Part shown: positions 58,018 to 64,000 of the stretch, one piece after another
Layout: each line of letters opens with the position of its first letter
How positions within the stretch are numbered: position 1 is the stretch's first letter
DNA from: an uncultured Spirochaetota bacterium
GTDB taxonomy: Bacteria > Spirochaetota > Spirochaetia > SZUA-6 > CAVTHK01
Length of the DNA: 64,000 nt
Direction: 5' to 3'
Assembly: GCA_963734495.1 (NCBI GenBank)
Contig: CAVTHK010000007.1
Coordinates: 128,001-192,000, forward strand
The notes under the pieces: model-generated
Told to the model about the DNA's origin: nothing
Seen by the model: only the letters and a program-made list of their open reading frames with translations
Database searches by the model: none
Position numbers and translations under genes: made by a program

Positions 58018-58823
58018 ACCCCCTGGAGGCGCTGCGGCTCGCGCCGATCGCGCGGGGCTTTCTCGTCCTCGCGCTGGCCGGGGCGCTGTTCCCGCTGACC
58101 GGAGTGTTCATACTCAGGCTCAACCTGATCACGCTGCGCTTCACGCTGATGCACGGGACCCTGCTCGCCGGCGCGCTCGCGCTGGCCCTGGGGGCGGACC
58201 CCGTGCTCCTCAGCATCGCCGTCAACCTCGCGCTCATCCTGGCCATCGCCGGGCTCGGCCGCCGCAGCGGACTGGGGACCGGGACGCTCACGACGTTCCT
58301 CATGGTGCTCACGGTCGGCCTGGCCTTCGTGGTCATCTACCGCTTCAACGTCCCCGCCAAGGACACGCTCGCGATCCTCTGGGGCAATCTCTTCGCGATC
58401 ACGCCGGCGGAGGCCGCGGCGACGGCGGGCTTTGCCGCCCTCACCCTCGCCTTCGTGCTCGCGTTCTACGGGGGGCTGAAGGCCATTCTGTTCAGCCGCG
58501 AGATCGCCTTCGCGTCCGGAGTGAACGAGCCGGTCCTGTACAACGCCGTGCTCGCGCTTGCGGGCCTGACGGTCGCATTCGCCGTGCGGCTCATCGGCGC
58601 TCTCCTGCTCGACGCGCTCCTCCTGCTCCCGGCCATCGTCGCCTCGTTCTACGCGCGCAGCACGCGGGCCCTGTTCGTGTACGCCTGCGCCGCCGGCTTC
58701 GCGTCGAGCGTCGTCGGCTTCGTCGCGAGCCTGGTCCTTGACGTGCCGGCCAGCTCCGCGGTTACGATAGTGGCGGCGCTCCTGCTCGGCTTCGGATTCC
58801 TGACGCGGGGGAGGGTCTCATGA
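58014..58823 (+). CDS. Metal ABC transporter permease (ZnuB/TroCD family)
   Basis: TLMHGTLLAG, ILWGNLF, IGALLLDALLLLPA. Confidence 0.85.
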   Translation: MNPLEALRLAPIARGFLVLALAGALFPLTGVFILRLNLITLRFTLMHGTLLAGALALALGADPVLLSIAVNLALILAIAGLGRRSGLGTGTLTTFLMVLTVGLAFVVIYRFNVPAKDTLAILWGNLFAITPAEAAATAGFAALTLAFVLAFYGGLKAILFSREIAFASGVNEPVLYNAVLALAGLTVAFAVRLIGALLLDALLLLPAIVASFYARSTRALFVYACAAGFASSVVGFVASLVLDVPASSAVTIVAALLLGFGFLTRGRVS

Positions 58824-59609
58824 GAGCGCGCATCGTCGCATGGGTGCTGGCGCTGCTCGCCTCGGCCGGCTCTGACAGCGCCGGCGCAACCGGCGCAGCA
58901 GTCCGGGCCGGCGGCGGCGGGTCGGACGCTGCGCGTCGTCGCGAGCACGGCATGGACCGCCGCGTTCGCGCGCACGGCGGGCGTGGCCGAAGTCCGAGTC
59001 CTTGCTCCCTACGAGATGCAGCATCCCCCCGAGTACGAGCTCAAGCCGTCCGACGTTTCCGCCGTCGCGAACGCCGACCTCGTGATCTACGCGGGCTACG
59101 AGCGCGCGGTGCCGCGGATCGTCGAGGCGGTCGGCGGACGGACCATCGCGCTCCTCAAGGTGGGCACCGACAACAGCCTCGCGACGATCCGAGCGACCGT
59201 CACCGCGATCGCGCGCGCCGCGGGGACCGAGGCCGAAGCCGCCCGCAACCTCGCGGCCGTGGAGGCATTCTACGACGAGTGGAAGCGCGAGCTCGCCTCG
59301 CAGGGGCTGGCCGGCGCGCCGGTCCTGGTCCACGCGATGCAGCGCCCCCTCGCCGTCGAGCTCGGCTTCCGGATCGAGGGCGTCTTCGGGCCGGCCCCTC
59401 TCGAGGCCGCGCAGATCCGCGGCCTCTCGCAGTCGAGCGTGCGCCTCGTGATCGACAACGGCCACGACCCCGTGGCCTCGCCCCTCAAGGAGACGATCCG
59501 CGGCGCGCGGTTCGTCGAGCTCATCAATTTTCCCCCGCGGCAGGGGACGATCATCGACCTGCTGGCGGAGGACCGGGCGCGCCTGCGGGCGGCGGCGGCA
59601 AAGCCGTGA
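58820..59609 (+). CDS. Metal ABC transporter substrate-binding protein (indel near 58880-58920)
   Basis: Signal peptide in ORF 58820; LRVVASTAW...HPPEYELKPSD...ADLVIYAG in ORF 58983 frame. Confidence 0.75.
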
Positions 59610-59815
59610 GCGAAGGCAAGGTCAGGCGGGACCGCCTGGAGGAGCTCAAGGAAAAGCTCAACAAGGTGAAGGTCTACTACAGCGTGCCCAACCCGCGTTC
59701 GGACTACCAGATGGACATCCAGGAAGCGGGCGACGACTTCGGCTGGATGGTCTACGAGATCGAGCGGCTGCGGGCCGAGCTGGCGAAAAGGGGCCGCGGC
59801 CCGGGCGACACTTAG
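59606..59815 (+). CDS. Small hypothetical protein (69 aa)
   Basis: GTGA overlap with the SBP stop; strong codon bias; VSEGKVRRDRLEELKEKLNKVKVYY...WMVYEIERLRAEL. Confidence 0.6.
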   Translation: MSEGKVRRDRLEELKEKLNKVKVYYSVPNPRSDYQMDIQEAGDDFGWMVYEIERLRAELAKRGRGPGDT

Positions 59816-59828
59816 GGGTGCGGCCGGC

Positions 59829-61669
59829 TCACGACACCGCAAAGACCTTCTGCTGCTCGCAGATGCGCCGGTAGAACCCGTCCTGCTTCGCGAGGTCGGC
59901 GTGCCGGCCCTGCTGCGTGATCGCTCCGTCCTCGAGCACGATGATCCGGTCGCACTCCATCGCCGTGGCCACGCGCTGGGTGATGATCAGGCTCGTGCGC
60001 CCCGCGAGCACCTTGTTCAGGGTCATGCGGATGCGCGCCTCCGTCTTCGCGTCGAGGGCGCTCGTCGTGTCGTCCAGGAGGAGCACCTCGGGGTCCGTGA
60101 GGAGCGCGGTCGCGAGGGCCAGCCTCTGCTTCTGCCCGCCCGAGAGGGTCACGCCGCGCTCACCGACGATCGTCTCGTAGCCGTCCGGCAGCTCCCGGAT
60201 GAATTCGTCGAGCTCGGCCTGCGCCGCGGCGCGCCGCACTTCCACGGGCGTGGCATCGAGCTTTCCGTACATGATGTTCTCGGCCATCGTGCCCGTGAAG
60301 ATCGTGGGCTCCTGCTGCACCAGGCGCACGTGGCGCCTCAGGGAGGCCTGGCTCGCCTCGATGATGTCGACGCCGCCCACCGAGATGCGGCCCTCCTGCG
60401 GATCGTAGAAGCGCAGCAGCAGGAGAAAGACGGTCGTCTTGCCCGCTCCCGACGGGCCCATCAGGGCGACCCGCTCACCGGGCGGGATCGTGATGTTCAC
60501 GTCGCGGAGCGCCGGCTCATTCTGCTCGGGATACGTGAAAGTGACCTTGTCGAGGCGGATCTCGCCCCGCATCCCCTCGAGGGCGATTTTGCCGGGCTCG
60601 ACCTCGACCTTTGTCTCGAGGATCATCAGCACGCGGCGCGCCACGACGAAGAGCGCCTGGATCTGCGTGACCTGGGTCGTGATCTGGTTCACCGGGTTGA
60701 AGAGCGGGTTGAGCGCGCCGATGAATGCGAGGGCCGCGCCCGAGCGTCGTGGTGCCGGCTTTGACCTGGAGGATGGAGAAGTAGATCATCACGCCCGTCG
60801 TCACGGACACGATGACGCCCGCGACCAGCACGAGCAGGTGGTTGTACGTCACGGTCCGCATCTGGATGCGGGCGCCGTCGAAGACCTTGCGCGCGAACGT
60901 CCGCACCTCGCCCTTTTCCCGGGCGAAGCTCTTGGCCACGCGGACGGCCGCGATCCTCTCCGCCGCGAGCGCGTACATCGCCGAGTTCAGCCTTCGCGAA
61001 GCGATGTTCGTGCTGCGGATCCTCGGTCGGAGAAAGTAGAAGGCGAGCGCGTAGAACGGCAGCACCGCGATCACGACGGAGGCGAGCGGGGCATCCAGGT
61101 AGAAGACGACTCCCAGCCCCAGGACGAGGCGCACGGATCTGCAGCATGAGCCCCACGGACTCCGCGGTCATCCACTGACGGATCACGTTCACGTCATCGA
61201 GCAGGCGCGACATGATCCGGCCTGTCGGGTGGCGCTCGAAGTAGCCGAGATGCAGCGCCTGGAGCTTTTCGTGGAGGTCCTTGCGCATGCCGAAGACCAG
61301 GCGGCGGCCGGCGTCGATCACCAGCCAGTGACGAAACCAGTGCGCTATCAGAAAGACCACCCAGATCGCGGCGATTACCCACAGCCACTTCCAGAAGGCG
61401 GGCATCTGGCCCGCGACCTCCTCCGGCCTGATCCCGCCCGGAAGGCGCAGCACCACGTCCACGAGGTACTTGCCCGCGAGGGCAAAGGCGAAGGGCTGGG
61501 CGGCCGTGAGCACGGTGCAGACGAGGGCGAGCAGGATGCTCGGCGCCGACGGCGCGAGGTAGCGCCTCCAGATCGTGCCGAGGTCCTTCCACGGGGTGAG
61601 CTTGTAGAACTCGATCTCCGCGAGCAGCTTCTCGATGACTCGGTTGATCCGCGCGTCCTGCCGCTTCAC
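59829..61669 (-). CDS. ABC exporter ATP-binding/permease subunit (indels near 61135 and 60735)
   Basis: TMD fragments plus GPSGAGKT, LSGGQKQR and LLDDTTSALD (degenerate Walker B). Confidence 0.85.
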
Positions 61670-63411
61670 GCCGGCACCCCCCTCAGCTCGCCGAGGAGCT
61701 CGCGGTAGAGCCTGCGGTAGAGTCCCCCTTCGATTCCCATGAGCTGCGCGTGCGTCCCCTGCTCGACGATCGCCCCCTTGTCCATGACCACGATCAGGTC
61801 GGCGGACGTGATGGTCGACAGCCGGTGCGCGATGACGAAGCTCGTCCTCCCCTTGAGCACCCGCACGAGCGCTCTCTGGATCAGGGCCTCCGAGTGGCTG
61901 TCGAGGGCCGAAGTCGCCTCGTCCATCACGAGGATGGCGGGCTCCTTGAGGATGGCCCGCGCGATGCTCACCCGCTGCTTTTCGCCGACGGAGAGCTTGA
62001 CGCCTTCGCTGCCGATCAGGGTGTCGAAGCCGTCGGGCAGGCTCATGGCCAGCTCGTAGATCTCCGCGGCCCGGGCCGCCCTCTCGATCTCGTCGCGCGT
62101 CGCATGAGGCGCCCCGTAGGCGATGTTGTAGGCGAGCGTACCGTCGAATACCACGGGGTCCTGCAGCACCACGCCGAACCGGCTCCTGAGCTCGCGCACG
62201 TCCATGTCGCGCACGTCGACGCCGTCGATCGTGATCCGGCCGCCCTGCACGTCCCAGTGCCGCATCAGCAGCGACACCATGGTCGTCTTGCCGCAGCCCG
62301 TCGGCCCCACCAGCGCGACCGTCGTGCCGGGCTCCACGGCCAGGCTCAGCCCCCTGTACAACGGGCTCTCGGGGTCGTAGGAAAAGCGCACGTCCGCGAA
62401 TTCGACCCGCCCGCGCACGTGCGCGAGGCGGACCGGGTGCGGGGGCGACACGATTTCCGGCTCCTCCGCGAGGAGCTCCGTGATCCGCCGCACCGAGACG
62501 AAGGTCTCGGCGAGCTGGCCCGCCATGTTCGTCAGGCGCGTGACGGGATCGATCGACATCCAGACGTAGGCCGTGATCGCGAGGTAGTCCCCGTACGTGA
62601 TGCTTCCCCTGAGCACCATCATGGCCGCAAGCCCGGAGATCAGGGTCGATCCGCCGGCAGCGATCACGGTGCACAGCGTGCTCAGGCTGACCGAGGCCAT
62701 GCGCGTGTCGAGCTGCTTCTCGAGCCCTTCCGAGGTCCGCTGGAGGAACAGCGAGTTCTCCCAGTCCTCCCGGTTGTAGATCCTCACCTGCCGCACGCCC
62801 GAAACGGTTTCCTCCAGCCTGCCCGCGACCTGGTCGAAGATCAGGCGATAGCTTTCGGTCGAAGCCCGGATGCGGCGCGAGAAGATCTTGTACGCCACGA
62901 AGTAGAGCGAGAGCAGGCCGCAGAGGATCGCGGCGATGGAGACCGAGAGCGTGAACATGACCGTGAGCGAGAACAGGAAGATGATTCCGTCGACGACCAG
63001 GCGCACCGTGTCCCCCGCGAGCAGGCGCTGCAGAGTGTTGGCGTCGTCCATGATCTTCTGCACGGTGGTGCCGGCCGAGTTCTGGCCGTGATAGCGCAGG
63101 GTCAGCGAGAACACGCGGTCGTACATCGCGATGCGGACGTCGGAGATGAAGCGGCGGGCGACCACCATGATCTGCTGCGTGTTGACGTAGCGGACCAGCT
63201 CGCCGACCGCGGGGACCGCGATGATGAGCGCCACGGCGCCGGCCAGCTTCTCCCACAGGGCCGGGGTCACGACCTGGTCCATGAGCCTGCGGATCAGGAG
63301 GGGCGGCATGACGTTCAGCACGGTAAAGGCGCCCATGCCGAGAAGAGCCACCGCGAAGCTCGTCCGGTAGGGCCTGAGGAATCGGTAGAGAATGGGCCTC
63401 GCTCTCATCAA
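61666..63411 (-). CDS. ABC exporter ATP-binding/permease subunit
   Basis: TMD plus GPTGCGKT, LSVGEKQR, MDEATSALD, IAHRLST. Confidence 0.9.
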   Translation of the reverse strand: MMRARPILYRFLRPYRTSFAVALLGMGAFTVLNVMPPLLIRRLMDQVVTPALWEKLAGAVALIIAVPAVGELVRYVNTQQIMVVARRFISDVRIAMYDRVFSLTLRYHGQNSAGTTVQKIMDDANTLQRLLAGDTVRLVVDGIIFLFSLTVMFTLSVSIAAILCGLLSLYFVAYKIFSRRIRASTESYRLIFDQVAGRLEETVSGVRQVRIYNREDWENSLFLQRTSEGLEKQLDTRMASVSLSTLCTVIAAGGSTLISGLAAMMVLRGSITYGDYLAITAYVWMSIDPVTRLTNMAGQLAETFVSVRRITELLAEEPEIVSPPHPVRLAHVRGRVEFADVRFSYDPESPLYRGLSLAVEPGTTVALVGPTGCGKTTMVSLLMRHWDVQGGRITIDGVDVRDMDVRELRSRFGVVLQDPVVFDGTLAYNIAYGAPHATRDEIERAARAAEIYELAMSLPDGFDTLIGSEGVKLSVGEKQRVSIARAILKEPAILVMDEATSALDSHSEALIQRALVRVLKGRTSFVIAHRLSTITSADLIVVMDKGAIVEQGTHAQLMGIEGGLYRRLYRELLGELRGVPA

Positions 63412-63453
63412 TGGGAAAGGGCGCAGGGGAAACAGGGCTCCCGGCGCGCTGCC

Positions 63454-63482
63454 ATCATAGCCACGGCGTCCGTAAGGGTCAA
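63454..63482 (-). promoter_or_regulatory. sigma70-type promoter for the ABC exporter pair
   Basis: Minus strand TTGACC-17 nt-TATGAT. Confidence 0.65.
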
Positions 63483-63511
63483 CGCCGCGGCCGGGTTCCA
63501 GCGCCTCTGAG

Positions 63512-64000
63512 TCAGCGCAGGGGCTCCCGCGGGTCGACCCTGGGTCCGTTCTCCGTCGACCGCACGACGCGAGGGACCGCCCAGCGGACCGCGTTTGCGA
63601 GGACCTTGAGCACTTCCGCCTGGTAGTAGATGGGGAACGTCTCGTGGCCGGGCCTGAAATAGAAGATCCGGCCGTGTCCCCGGTGGAACGTGCACCCGCT
63701 GCGGAACACCTCCCCGCCCTGAAACCACGAAATGAAGACCACCTCGTCCGGCCGCGGAATGTCGAATCGCTCGCCGTACATTTCCGTGTGGGGGATCTCG
63801 AAATACTCGCCTATGCCCTCGGCGATCGGGTGTCCGGGCTCGATGTTCCAGAGCCGCTCCTTCTCCCCCGCTTCTCGCCATTTGAGCGAACAGTTGGTGC
63901 CCATGAGGGACCGGAAGATCTTGGAGAAGTGGCCCGAGTGCAGCACGATCAGGCCCATGCCCGAGAGGACCCGCTGCTTCACGCGCTCCACGATCTCGTC
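63512..64000 (-). CDS. thuA: ThuA (trehalose utilisation) family protein, 5' truncated
   Basis: [37 protein letters not shown]. Confidence 0.88.
   Translation of the reverse strand, partial: DEIVERVKQRVLSGMGLIVLHSGHFSKIFRSLMGTNCSLKWREAGEKERLWNIEPGHPIAEGIGEYFEIPHTEMYGERFDIPRPDEVVFISWFQGGEVFRSGCTFHRGHGRIFYFRPGHETFPIYYQAEVLKVLANAVRWAVPRVVRSTENGPRVDPREPLR

Overview
High-GC (visually ~70%) bacterial chromosome segment, almost certainly from a free-living spirochaete. Evidence: a Borrelia-type L28 with the PRKGxxKKKGGAGQHIG insertion, spirochaete-style SBP signal peptides, and the M23-bactofilin-yaaR-ricT cluster. It is mostly housekeeping and metabolism: ricT/yaaR/bactofilin/M23, tatD, purF-purM-purD, rlmB, mrfAB-type helicase/exonuclease, glgC, HD hydrolase, rpmB, mutL, TPR proteins, hisC, topA, a DeoR-linked sugar ABC locus, birA-bioYMN, a DUF1537 kinase, a DAGK-family kinase, a GH172 protein, pckG, a metal ABC importer, a heterodimeric ABC exporter and thuA. 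I saw no rRNA, tRNA, CRISPR array, transposase or prophage. About 18 or more single-base indels split genes, most likely long-read consensus errors, so many ORF-track entries are fragments or antisense shadows. The most interesting signals are: (1) a ~1600-aa protein whose motifs follow, in order, the type IX secretion translocon SprA/Sov, followed by two paralogous beta-barrel-like OMPs, plus a separate 1337-aa protein fusing a PorV/FadL-like barrel, eight T9SS type-B-CTD/FlgD-like repeats and an OmpA domain; together these suggest a T9SS-like export system in a spirochaete (inference from recalled family motifs, needs profile/structure searches); (2) a dispersed structured repeat family with covarying GAGTAC-loop hairpins interleaved with seven CsrA-type CANGGANG hairpins; (3) an E. 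coli-type TopA suggesting horizontal acquisition; (4) a BirA operator, several apparently leaderless genes, and a DUF1893 gene hidden by indels.
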